Assembly: GCA_035554435.1 (NCBI GenBank)
Contig: DATMJC010000040.1
Span: 42,222 to 106,221, forward strand
Direction: 5' to 3'
Length of the DNA: 64,000 bases
Source of the DNA: Burkholderiales bacterium
Lineage (GTDB): Bacteria; Pseudomonadota; Gammaproteobacteria; Burkholderiales; SG8-39
In this document: in pieces, positions 45,967 through 53,573 of the stretch
Layout: each line of letters opens with the position of its first letter
How positions within the stretch are numbered: the stretch's first letter is position 1
The notes under the pieces: generated by a model
What the model was told of the DNA's origin: nothing
The model's database searches: none
The model's input: the letters and a program-made list of their open reading frames with translations, nothing else
Made by a program: the position numbers and the translations under genes

Positions 45967-46972
45967 CGTAGATATCGAAGTGTTGAGGACCGCCGAAGGC
46001 TGGCGCAAGAGCGGGCAGCGCGTCGCGCTCGGCACGATCGTCAGAACCTGGGGCTCCGCGCCGCGCCCGGTGGGTGCGATGGTGGCGATCCGGGGTGACG
46101 GGCAAATCGTAGGCTCTGTCTCCGGCGGCTGTGTCGAAGATGACCTTGTTGACAAGGTGCGCGAGAACCTGGTCGCGGCAAGCAAGCCCGAGCTCATCAC
46201 CTATGGCGTCACCAACGCCGAGGCCACGCGCTGGGGACTGCCCTGCGGCGGCACGCTCGAACTCGTCATGGAGCCGCTCTCGGATGCGAGCGGCGTCGCG
46301 GAGCTCCTGAAGCGCATCGGCACGCAGCAGCTCGTGCGGCGCCGCCTCGACATGGAAAGCGGCCGCAGCGCGCTCGAGCCCGGGCGCTGGCAGGACGTGC
46401 TTGAGTTCGACGGCCTCGTGCTGACGACGGTGCACGGCCCGAGATGGCGCCTCGTGCTGATCGGCGCCGGCCAGCTCACGCGCTATCTCGCCGAGATGGC
46501 GCACATGCTCGACTACCACGTAGTGGTGATCGACCCGCGCGAGGAGTACGCCGCGGGCTGGGACCTGGCCGGGGTGCCGCTCGACCGCGGCATGCCAGAC
46601 GACGTGGTGCGCGAGCTGAACCTCGACGGCCACAGCGCAGTGGTCGCGCTCACGCACGACCCCAAGCTCGACGACCTTGCGCTGATGGAGGCGCTGAAGT
46701 CGGCGGCGTTCTACGTCGGCGCCATCGGCTCCAAGAAGAACAACGACGCGCGCCGCGAGCGGCTGAAGGAATTCGACGTCTCGGCGGACGAGATCGCGCG
46801 CCTGCGCGGGCCGGTGGGCCTGTACATCGGCTCGAAGACCCCGCCCGAGATCGCGCTGGCGATCCTCGCCGAGATGACCGCGGTGCGCCATGGCGTAAGC
46901 GAGCCCTCGTGGGCCGCGAAGCCCGAGCGGCGCTACGATCCGTCGGCCTGCGAAGTCAAGACCGAGACTTGA
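45959..46972 (+). CDS. XdhC/CoxI family molybdoenzyme maturation protein
   Basis: Trimmed from the composite 44993..46972 ORF: GQRVALGTIVRTWGSAPRPVGA...GSVSGGCVE...LVLIGAGQL...GPVGLYIG...PEIA.AILAE. Confidence 0.85.
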   Translation: MDSVDIEVLRTAEGWRKSGQRVALGTIVRTWGSAPRPVGAMVAIRGDGQIVGSVSGGCVEDDLVDKVRENLVAASKPELITYGVTNAEATRWGLPCGGTLELVMEPLSDASGVAELLKRIGTQQLVRRRLDMESGRSALEPGRWQDVLEFDGLVLTTVHGPRWRLVLIGAGQLTRYLAEMAHMLDYHVVVIDPREEYAAGWDLAGVPLDRGMPDDVVRELNLDGHSAVVALTHDPKLDDLALMEALKSAAFYVGAIGSKKNNDARRERLKEFDVSADEIARLRGPVGLYIGSKTPPEIALAILAEMTAVRHGVSEPSWAAKPERRYDPSACEVKTET

Positions 46973-47547
46973 ACATCGTCGGGCTCCTGCTCGCCGCGGG
47001 GTCCGCGACTCGCTTCGGCTCCGACAAGCTGTCGCACCGGCTGCCGCACGGCGTCCCGATCGCGGTGCAGGCGGCGCGTCACCTCCGTGCCGTAGTCCCG
47101 AACGTATTTGCCGTGGTGAAGCCTGGAACCGGCAATCTCATCCCCGTTCTGGAGAAGGAGGGCTGCCGGATCGTGGTGTGCGAGCAAGCGGCCGAAGGCA
47201 TGGGCGCGAGCCTCGCCTGCGGCGCGCGCGCGGCGGGGCAGGCCGAGGGCTATCTCGTCGCGCTCGCCGACATGCCGTTCGTGCGCACCGCGTCCATCGC
47301 GGCGGTGCGCGACGCGCTCGCCGCGGGGGCGCCGCTCGCAGCGCCGTACTGGCGCGCGCGGCGCGGCCACCCAGTGGGAATCTCGGGCGTATTTTTCGAG
47401 CGGCTGCTCGCGTGCGGCGGAGACGAGGGCGCCAAGGGGCTGCTGACGGAAAACGAAAAGCGGCTGGTGAAGATTCCCGTCGGCGACCCCGGCGTCCTGC
47501 GCGACATCGACACGCCGGGCGACCTCGCGCCGCCGCTCAACGTCTAG
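46969..47547 (+). CDS. mocA: molybdenum cofactor cytidylyltransferase (MocA family nucleotidyltransferase)
   Basis: The TTG start overlaps the xdhC stop (TTGA). (M)[20 protein letters not shown]...LADMPFV...DIDTPGDL. Confidence 0.8.
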   Translation: MNIVGLLLAAGSATRFGSDKLSHRLPHGVPIAVQAARHLRAVVPNVFAVVKPGTGNLIPVLEKEGCRIVVCEQAAEGMGASLACGARAAGQAEGYLVALADMPFVRTASIAAVRDALAAGAPLAAPYWRARRGHPVGISGVFFERLLACGGDEGAKGLLTENEKRLVKIPVGDPGVLRDIDTPGDLAPPLNV

Positions 47548-48136
47548 CCGCTTCCTTGCGCTCTTCGACGCGGCCCATGAGATAGAACTCGTCGTTCGGC
47601 CTCATGTCGAGGAAGTTCGCCATGCGGTTGGACAGCGCGAAGAAGGCGCTGATGGCGGCCACGTCCCAGATATCCTCGTCGGAGAAGCCGTGCGCGCGCA
47701 GCGGCTCGAAGTCGGCGTCGCCGACCTCGTGCGAACGTTGCGAGACCTTCATGGCGAAGTCGAGCATCGCGCGCTGGCGCGGCGAGATGTCCGCTTTGCG
47801 ATAGTTGACGGCGACCTGATCCGCAACCAGGGGATTCTTGGCGCGGATGCGCAGGATCGCACCGTGCGCCACGACGCAGTACTGGCATTGGTTGGCGCCC
47901 GAAGTCGCGACCACGATCATCTCGCGCTCGGCCTTGGTGACCGGGCCGGCCTTTTCCATCAGCGCGTCGTGGTAGGCGAAGAACGCCCTGAACTCGTCGG
48001 GGCGATGCGCAAGCGCCAGGAACACGTTCGGCACGAAGCCCGCCTTGTCCTGCACTGCCAGGATCCGCTCGCGGATATCCCGAGGCAGATCCTTGAGTTC
48101 CGGCACCGGAAACCGGCTGATCGGCTTTTGATTCAT
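47537..48136 (-). CDS. peroxidase-related / carboxymuconolactone decarboxylase (AhpD-like) family protein
   Basis: Trimmed to [29 protein letters not shown] (CxxC-type AhpD core); [16 protein letters not shown]. Confidence 0.8.
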   Translation of the reverse strand: MNQKPISRFPVPELKDLPRDIRERILAVQDKAGFVPNVFLALAHRPDEFRAFFAYHDALMEKAGPVTKAEREMIVVATSGANQCQYCVVAHGAILRIRAKNPLVADQVAVNYRKADISPRQRAMLDFAMKVSQRSHEVGDADFEPLRAHGFSDEDIWDVAAISAFFALSNRMANFLDMRPNDEFYLMGRVEERKEAARR

Positions 48137-48161
48137 GATGCTCCTAGGATACCGGTAAAAT

Positions 48162-49409
48162 TTGACGATGCTATCGCCCGACCTTCTGGCCCAGTCCGAC
48201 CCCGAGCTCTGGAACGCCATCCGCCTCGAGAACCAGAGGCAGGAGGACCACGTCGAGCTCATCGCCTCGGAAAACTATGTCAGCCGCCAGGTGCTGATCG
48301 CGCAGGGCAGCCAGCTCACCAACAAGTACGCGGAGGGCTATCCCGGCAGGCGCTACTACGGCGGCTGCGAGTACGTCGACATGGCCGAGTCGCTCGCCAT
48401 CGAGCGCGCGAAGAAGCTCTTCGGCGCGCCCTGGGCGAACGTGCAGGCGCACTCCGGCTCGCAGGCGAACCAGGCGGTGTACACGGCGGCGCTCAAGCCC
48501 GGCGACACCATACTCGGCATGTCGCTCGCGCATGGCGGCCACCTCACGCACGGCTCGCCGGTGAACCTCTCCGGCAAGCTCTATCGCGTGGTTTCGTATC
48601 AGTTGAACGACAAGGAGGAGATCGACTACGAGGCCGCGGAAAAAATCGCAATGGCGGAAAGGCCCAAGCTCATCGTGACCGGCGCCTCGGCGTACTCCCT
48701 CGCGATCGACTGGAAGCGTTTCCGCGAGATCGCCGACAAGTGCGGCGCGCTGTTGATGTCCGACATTGCGCACTACGCGGGGCTCATCGCGGTGGGTCTC
48801 TACCCGTCGCCCATCGGCGTCGCCGACTTCGTCACCACCACGACGCACAAGACGCTGCGCGGGCCGCGCGGCGGAATGATCTTTGGCTTGCCCGAATTCG
48901 AAAAGACCATCAACAGTTCCATCTTCCCGGGCCTGCAGGGCGGTCCGCTGATGCACGTCATCGCGGCGAAAGCCGTCGCCCTGGGCGAGGCGCTCAAGCC
49001 GGATTTCCGGACCTATCAGAAGAAGGTCCTGGAGAACGCGCGCGCGCTGGCCGCCGTGCTGACCGAGCGCGGACTGAGGATCGTCTCGGGACGCACCGAC
49101 TGCCACATGTTCCTGCTGGACCTGCGCAGCAAGGGCATCACCGGCAAGGACGCCGAGGCCGCGCTCGGGCGCGCGCACATCACGGTGAACAAGAACGCGA
49201 TTCCCAACGACCCCGAGAAGCCTGTGGTCACGAGCGGCGTGCGCATCGGCTCGCCAGCCATGACCACCCGCGGGTTCGGCGCCGCCGAGGCCAAGGAGCT
49301 CGCGCATCTCATCGCCGACGTGCTCGAGCGCCCGGGCGACGAGAGGAACGTCGCGCGCGTCGCGGAGCAGGTCAAGGCGCTCTGCGCCCGGTTCCCGGTC
49401 TACGTATGA
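48162..49409 (+). CDS. glyA: serine hydroxymethyltransferase
   Basis: [41 protein letters not shown]. The start may be the ATG at 48168. Confidence 0.97.
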   Translation: MTMLSPDLLAQSDPELWNAIRLENQRQEDHVELIASENYVSRQVLIAQGSQLTNKYAEGYPGRRYYGGCEYVDMAESLAIERAKKLFGAPWANVQAHSGSQANQAVYTAALKPGDTILGMSLAHGGHLTHGSPVNLSGKLYRVVSYQLNDKEEIDYEAAEKIAMAERPKLIVTGASAYSLAIDWKRFREIADKCGALLMSDIAHYAGLIAVGLYPSPIGVADFVTTTTHKTLRGPRGGMIFGLPEFEKTINSSIFPGLQGGPLMHVIAAKAVALGEALKPDFRTYQKKVLENARALAAVLTERGLRIVSGRTDCHMFLLDLRSKGITGKDAEAALGRAHITVNKNAIPNDPEKPVVTSGVRIGSPAMTTRGFGAAEAKELAHLIADVLERPGDERNVARVAEQVKALCARFPVYV

Positions 49410-49873
49410 AATGTCCTTTCTGCGGCTCGGACGACACCCAGGTCGTCGACACGCGGGCGAGCCTCGAGGCGAACACCATCCGCCGCCGCAGGAAGTGCGT
49501 GCAGTGCGAAAAGCGCTTCACCACCTACGAAAGGGTCGATCTCAAGATGCCGCGCCTGGTGAAGAAGGACGGCAGCCGGACCGATTTCGACCGCGACAAG
49601 CTGATGGGCAGCATGATGCTCGCGCTGAGGAAGCGGCCGGTCGCCACCGAGGAGGTGGAAGGCGCGGTGGATCGCGTGATCGAGCGGCTGCGCTCGCTCG
49701 GCGAGCGCGAGGTGCCGACCAGCCGGGTGGGCGATTTCGTCATCCGCGAGCTGGCGAAGCTCGACAAGATCGCCTACATCCGCTTCGCCTCGGTGTACCG
49801 CAGCTTCGAAACCCCAGACGACTTTCGCGAAGCGGTGCAGGAGATCAAGGCGACGCGAAAGAAGAAGCGTTAG
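49406..49873 (+). CDS. nrdR: transcriptional repressor NrdR
   Basis: [17 protein letters not shown]...[16 protein letters not shown] (zinc ribbon) plus an ATP-cone. ATGA overlap with glyA. Confidence 0.95.
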   Translation: MKCPFCGSDDTQVVDTRASLEANTIRRRRKCVQCEKRFTTYERVDLKMPRLVKKDGSRTDFDRDKLMGSMMLALRKRPVATEEVEGAVDRVIERLRSLGEREVPTSRVGDFVIRELAKLDKIAYIRFASVYRSFETPDDFREAVQEIKATRKKKR

Positions 49874-49877
49874 AGCG

Positions 49878-50942
49878 GTGTTTTCGGCGTTCGACGAGGC
49901 GATGATGCGCCGCGCGCTGGCGCTCGCGGAGAAGGGCCTGTTCACCACCACCCCCAACCCGCGCGTCGGCTGCGTCATCACCCAGGGCGAATCGATCGTC
50001 GGCGAGGGCTGGCACGAGAAGGCGGGCGAGCCCCACGCCGAAGCGCTCGCCCTGCGTGACGCAGGCCCGCGCGCGGCGGGTGCCACGGTGTATGTAAATC
50101 TCGAGCCCTGCAGCCACCACGGCCGCACGCCGCCGTGCGCCGGGGCGCTAATCAACGCAAAAGTCGCCCGCGTAGTGGCCGCGCTGCGCGACCCCGACCC
50201 TCAGGCGGCGCGCGGCGGCGACGCGCTCGCGGCCGCGGGCATCGGCTTCGAGCATGGCCTGCTCGAGGGGGAGGCGCGCGAGCTCAATCTCGGCTTCCTG
50301 TCGCGGGTGCAGCGCGGCCGGCCGTGGGTTCGCCTCAAGGTCGCCGCCACGCTCGACGGTCGCAGCGCGCTCGCGAACGGCGCCTCGCAGTGGATCACCG
50401 GTCCAGAGGCGCGGCGCGACGGGCACCGCTGGCGCGCCCGCGCCTGCGCGCTGCTCACCGGCATCGGCACGGTCGCGGCGGATGATCCGCGGCTCACGGT
50501 GCGGGAAGTCGACACGCCGCGCCAGCCGCTGCGGGTGATCGTCGACAGCCGGCTGGAAATTCCGCACGCAGCGCGAGTGCTGCAGGGTCCGAAGGTACTC
50601 ATCTTCGCGGCGCGTGCGGCGCCCGCGCCCAAGAACGCCGAGGTAGTGCTGCTGCCGAATGCGCACGGGAAGGTGGAGCTGCCGAGCATGCTGGAGGAGC
50701 TGGCGCGCCGCGGTGTGAACGAGCTGCATGTCGAGGCGGGCTTCCGCCTCAACGGCTCGCTGGTGCGCGAGGGCTGCGTCGACGAGTTTCTGGTCTACCT
50801 CAACCCGAGCTTCCTCGGCGACGGCGCGCAGGGGATGCTCGACCTTCCGGCCGTCGGCGCCCTGGAAGAGCGGCTCAAGCTGAAGCTCGTGTCGCTGGAG
50901 CGGCTAGGCGACGACCTGAGGATTCTCGCGCGTCCCGCATAG
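49878..50942 (+). CDS. ribD: bifunctional diaminohydroxyphosphoribosylaminopyrimidine deaminase / 5-amino-6-(5-phosphoribosylamino)uracil reductase
   Basis: HAEALAL, EPCSHHGRTPPC (deaminase zinc site); C-terminal reductase domain (KVAATLDGR...). Confidence 0.92.
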   Translation: MFSAFDEAMMRRALALAEKGLFTTTPNPRVGCVITQGESIVGEGWHEKAGEPHAEALALRDAGPRAAGATVYVNLEPCSHHGRTPPCAGALINAKVARVVAALRDPDPQAARGGDALAAAGIGFEHGLLEGEARELNLGFLSRVQRGRPWVRLKVAATLDGRSALANGASQWITGPEARRDGHRWRARACALLTGIGTVAADDPRLTVREVDTPRQPLRVIVDSRLEIPHAARVLQGPKVLIFAARAAPAPKNAEVVLLPNAHGKVELPSMLEELARRGVNELHVEAGFRLNGSLVREGCVDEFLVYLNPSFLGDGAQGMLDLPAVGALEERLKLKLVSLERLGDDLRILARPA

Positions 50943-51791
50943 CGCCGCGAGCAGCAGGTCGATCGCAACTCGGGCGCTGCGCCCATCGGGGTCCAGGCGC
51001 GGCAGGTATTCGGCGAGCTCGAGGGCGACGAGATCCGGCCTCGAGCCGAGGCGCTGCAGCGCGCGCGCGAGCTCGCCCGCCGCGATGCCCTCGGGCACCG
51101 GAGTGCCGACGCCGGGCGCTTCCTCCGGCGTGACCGCATCGAGGTCGATGCTGATCCCGAAGCCCGAAGTGCCGGCAGTCGCGATCCTCAAAGCCTCGTC
51201 GCACACCGTGTCGAGGCCGCGCCTGCCGACTTCCTCGATGTGGAACACCCGCACGCCGAGCCGGTCGAGGCGCTCCTTCTCCTCGGGCTCGTAGCTGCGC
51301 ACCCCGATCAACGCGACGCGCTCGGGATCGACCACGCCGGCGGACAACCCGTAGAGGTCGTCGTCGGCTTGTCCCAGTAGCCATGCGAGCGGCATGCCGT
51401 GCAGCCTGCCGGTGTGGCTCGTGCCGGGGGTATGGCTGTCCATGTGGGCGTCGATCCAGATGAGGCCGAGCTCGCCCTGCACCATGCGGGCGACGCCGAC
51501 CCATGTTCCTCCGGCACAGCTATGGTCGCCGCCGATCACGCAGGGCACTCGCGCCTGCCGCATCGCGGCGACGACCGCCGATGCGAGCGCGGCGTTGAGC
51601 TTGCTTACCGCGGCCTCTTTGCGCCGCTCCGTGGGCGAGGGGCGAAGCATCGGTCCCAACGAGACCTCGGCCCCGCTGTGCGCAAGCCGCTCCCGGACAC
51701 GCGGGATCAGCGCATCCGGAGCCTCCGCGCAGCCGGGATCGGCGCCCCCAAGGCCCCAGGCCGCACCGATCAACTCGATGTGTCGCTGCAT
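50904..51791 (-). CDS. arginase family hydrolase (arginase/agmatinase/formiminoglutamase type)
   Basis: IGGDHSCA, WIDAHMDSHTP, SIDLDAV are the Mn-binding motifs of the ureohydrolase family. Its 3-prime end overlaps ribD convergently by 39 nt. Confidence 0.8.
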   Translation of the reverse strand: MQRHIELIGAAWGLGGADPGCAEAPDALIPRVRERLAHSGAEVSLGPMLRPSPTERRKEAAVSKLNAALASAVVAAMRQARVPCVIGGDHSCAGGTWVGVARMVQGELGLIWIDAHMDSHTPGTSHTGRLHGMPLAWLLGQADDDLYGLSAGVVDPERVALIGVRSYEPEEKERLDRLGVRVFHIEEVGRRGLDTVCDEALRIATAGTSGFGISIDLDAVTPEEAPGVGTPVPEGIAAGELARALQRLGSRPDLVALELAEYLPRLDPDGRSARVAIDLLLAALCGTRENPQVVA

Positions 51792-51842
51792 CGCTACAGG
51801 TGTTTCAGCCAGTCAACGACGCTTGACCCCCGAACGGCAAGT

Positions 51843-51872
51843 AACTTGCTGGGTCCAAACTTACTGGGTCCA
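51843..51872 (+). repeat. tandem 15-bp direct repeat AACTTGCTGGGTCCA / AACTTACTGGGTCCA in the promoter region of the SPW-repeat gene
   Basis: Read directly; 14 of 15 positions identical and the copies are contiguous. Overlapping inverted repeats: CAAGT-A-ACTTG (51838-51848) and ACTGGGT...ACCCAGT (51863-51885). Confidence 0.7.
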
Positions 51873-51900
51873 ATCGTAACCCAGTGAGGATGAGGTCACA

Positions 51901-52278
51901 GTGAAGGACGCGGCGGCGGCGAGATGGCAGGGCTGGGTGAGCTTCGCGCTCGGGCTGTGGCTCGCCATGTCGCCGTGGATCTGCGGTTACGCCGACGACG
52001 AGCATCTCGCGACCGGAAACGCGGCATTCATCGGCATCGCGCTCGCGCTGGGGTCTCACTTCGAGGTCGCTTTCGACACGGAATTTGCGGAGTGGCTGAA
52101 CCTCGCGGCCGGCACCTGGCTTGCCGCCGCGCCGTTCTTCTTCGGGTTCGCCACCGCAGCGGTGCCGGCGGTCAATTCCATTGCGGTGGGCACGCTCGTG
52201 ATGGCGCTCGCCGCTTCCGCCCTGTCGCTCGACAAGCAAATCGAGAAATGGTGGCATAAGCAGTTCGTCGAGGACTGA
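51901..52278 (+). CDS. SPW repeat membrane protein
   Basis: WQGWVSFALGLWLAMSPWICGY contains the eponymous SPW motif in a TM helix, with a second repeat half (WLNLAAGTWLAAAPFFFGF). GTG start. Confidence 0.55.
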   Translation: MKDAAAARWQGWVSFALGLWLAMSPWICGYADDEHLATGNAAFIGIALALGSHFEVAFDTEFAEWLNLAAGTWLAAAPFFFGFATAAVPAVNSIAVGTLVMALAASALSLDKQIEKWWHKQFVED

Positions 52279-52314
52279 AGCCCGTCGCGCGCGCTTTGCG
52301 GTAACCTGCGCGCC

Positions 52315-52878
52315 ATGTTTACCGGGATCGTGCAGGCCGTCGGCGAGATCGTCCGGGCGCAGCCGTTCGAGGTCGACAGCCGCGCCCTGGACATGGCCGA
52401 CGTCGGCACCGGCGACTCCATCTGCGTGCAAGGCGTGTGCCTCACCCTCACTTCGCTCACCGCGCGCGGCTTCACCGCCGACGTGTCGCCAGCCACCCTC
52501 GCCGTGACGGTCGGCCTCGACCGCGCCGGCCCGGTTAACCTTGAGAAATCGCTTGCCGTGGGCAAGCCCCTCGGCGGCCATTTCGTCGCCGGCCACGTCG
52601 ACGGCGTGGGTGAAGTGACGCGCTTCGAGAAGGGCGTGCTCGAGGTGCGCGCCCCGCACGAGCTCGCCCGCTACATTGCCCGCAAGGGCTCGATCTGCAT
52701 CGACGGCGTGAGCCTGACGGTCAATCGCGTGGAGGGCAGCGTATTCGAGGTCTACCTAATCCCGCATACGCTGGAAGTCACGACGCTCGGCCGTCTGCGG
52801 GCGGGCGTCCGCGTGAACCTGGAGGCCGATCTGATCGCCCGCTACGTTGCGAGGCTGCTCGAAGCGTCCGACCTGTGA
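52315..52878 (+). CDS. ribE: riboflavin synthase (alpha chain)
   Basis: MFTGIVQAVGEI...GDSICVQGVCLT (first barrel) and GHVDGVG...GSICIDGVSLTV (second barrel). Confidence 0.9.
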   Translation: MFTGIVQAVGEIVRAQPFEVDSRALDMADVGTGDSICVQGVCLTLTSLTARGFTADVSPATLAVTVGLDRAGPVNLEKSLAVGKPLGGHFVAGHVDGVGEVTRFEKGVLEVRAPHELARYIARKGSICIDGVSLTVNRVEGSVFEVYLIPHTLEVTTLGRLRAGVRVNLEADLIARYVARLLEASDL

Positions 52879-52923
52879 CTTCCTTTATAGGGTGCTAGAC
52901 GCTCCTGGCGGTAGGCTCCGCTA

Positions 52924-53343
52924 ATGCTGATCGCGGCCGCCAGGCGCCTGGAAAACACCACCACGCTGTTTGCGCGCAAACGCGAGTTCGGCTTTGTCTG
53001 TCCTTCGTTCACCATCGGCCTCTCCGGAGACGGGTTCCTCCTGCCGCGCTCGGCGAAGCAGCTGCTGCGCCGCTCGCTCATCACCGTGAAGGTGCCGACG
53101 CGCGACATCACCGGCCGCTACTTCATGGCCATCCATCACCAGGGAGCGCAGGTGTGCAACGTCGCGGTGATCGTCGCCTGGGCGAGCCATCCTTCCCATG
53201 CCAGCGCATTCCTGGCCGTCAAGGCGCCCGACGAGCACAAGCTGCAGCGCTCCCTCAAGTCTCTCTCGGGCGAGGACGTCGAGCTCGTGTTCCGACCGCG
53301 GCTCGCGCCGCACATGGCACGTCCGGCGGGCCTGCGGGCATAA
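52924..53343 (+). CDS. hypothetical protein, 139 aa, no family recognised
   Basis: Codon position 3 is overwhelmingly G/C, like neighbouring genes. No recognisable motif, signal peptide or TM helix. Confidence 0.4.
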   Translation: MLIAAARRLENTTTLFARKREFGFVCPSFTIGLSGDGFLLPRSAKQLLRRSLITVKVPTRDITGRYFMAIHHQGAQVCNVAVIVAWASHPSHASAFLAVKAPDEHKLQRSLKSLSGEDVELVFRPRLAPHMARPAGLRA

Positions 53344-53372
53344 AAAAAATGGGGGCGCGCACGCGCGCCCCC
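53342..53372 (-). terminator. strong intrinsic terminator oriented on the minus strand, with no annotated minus-strand gene upstream of it
   Basis: The minus strand reads GGGGGCGCG-CGTG-CGCGCCCCC, then A, then T8 (plus-strand A8 at 53342-53349). On the plus strand the hairpin has no trailing T run. Confidence 0.6.
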
Positions 53373-53573
53373 GAACCGGAAGAGGCGCTGGGGCGCCTCC
53401 CCTTTCCCCCGCTGATCCCCCCGCTGTGCTGTAAGTCGCGGCACCACTGTCGCTCCGCGGGAACGCTGCGTCCAGCCGAATCGGCGCCGTAGCGTCGGGT
53501 AATACCGCGCGACTTGTCGCCGTGTACGTCAGGGCAGTCCTGCGCGAGCGACCTAGTACGATTCGGCGAATCG

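Noticed and set aside
52279-52314. GCGCGC-N13-GCGCGC hairpin between the SPW gene and ribE as a terminator or attenuator
   Set aside because: The 6-bp stem is made of a self-complementary GC repeat that is common in this DNA. The loop is 13 nt and there is no U tract.
53342-53573. Identification of the candidate minus-strand RNA as 6S RNA, SRP RNA, tmRNA, RNase P RNA or a riboswitch
   Set aside because: I could not find the conserved cores by eye (for example the SRP GGAA/AGCA symmetric loop, the tmRNA tag ORF, or the RNase P GAGGAAAGUCC). It is left as an unclassified candidate pending a covariance-model scan.
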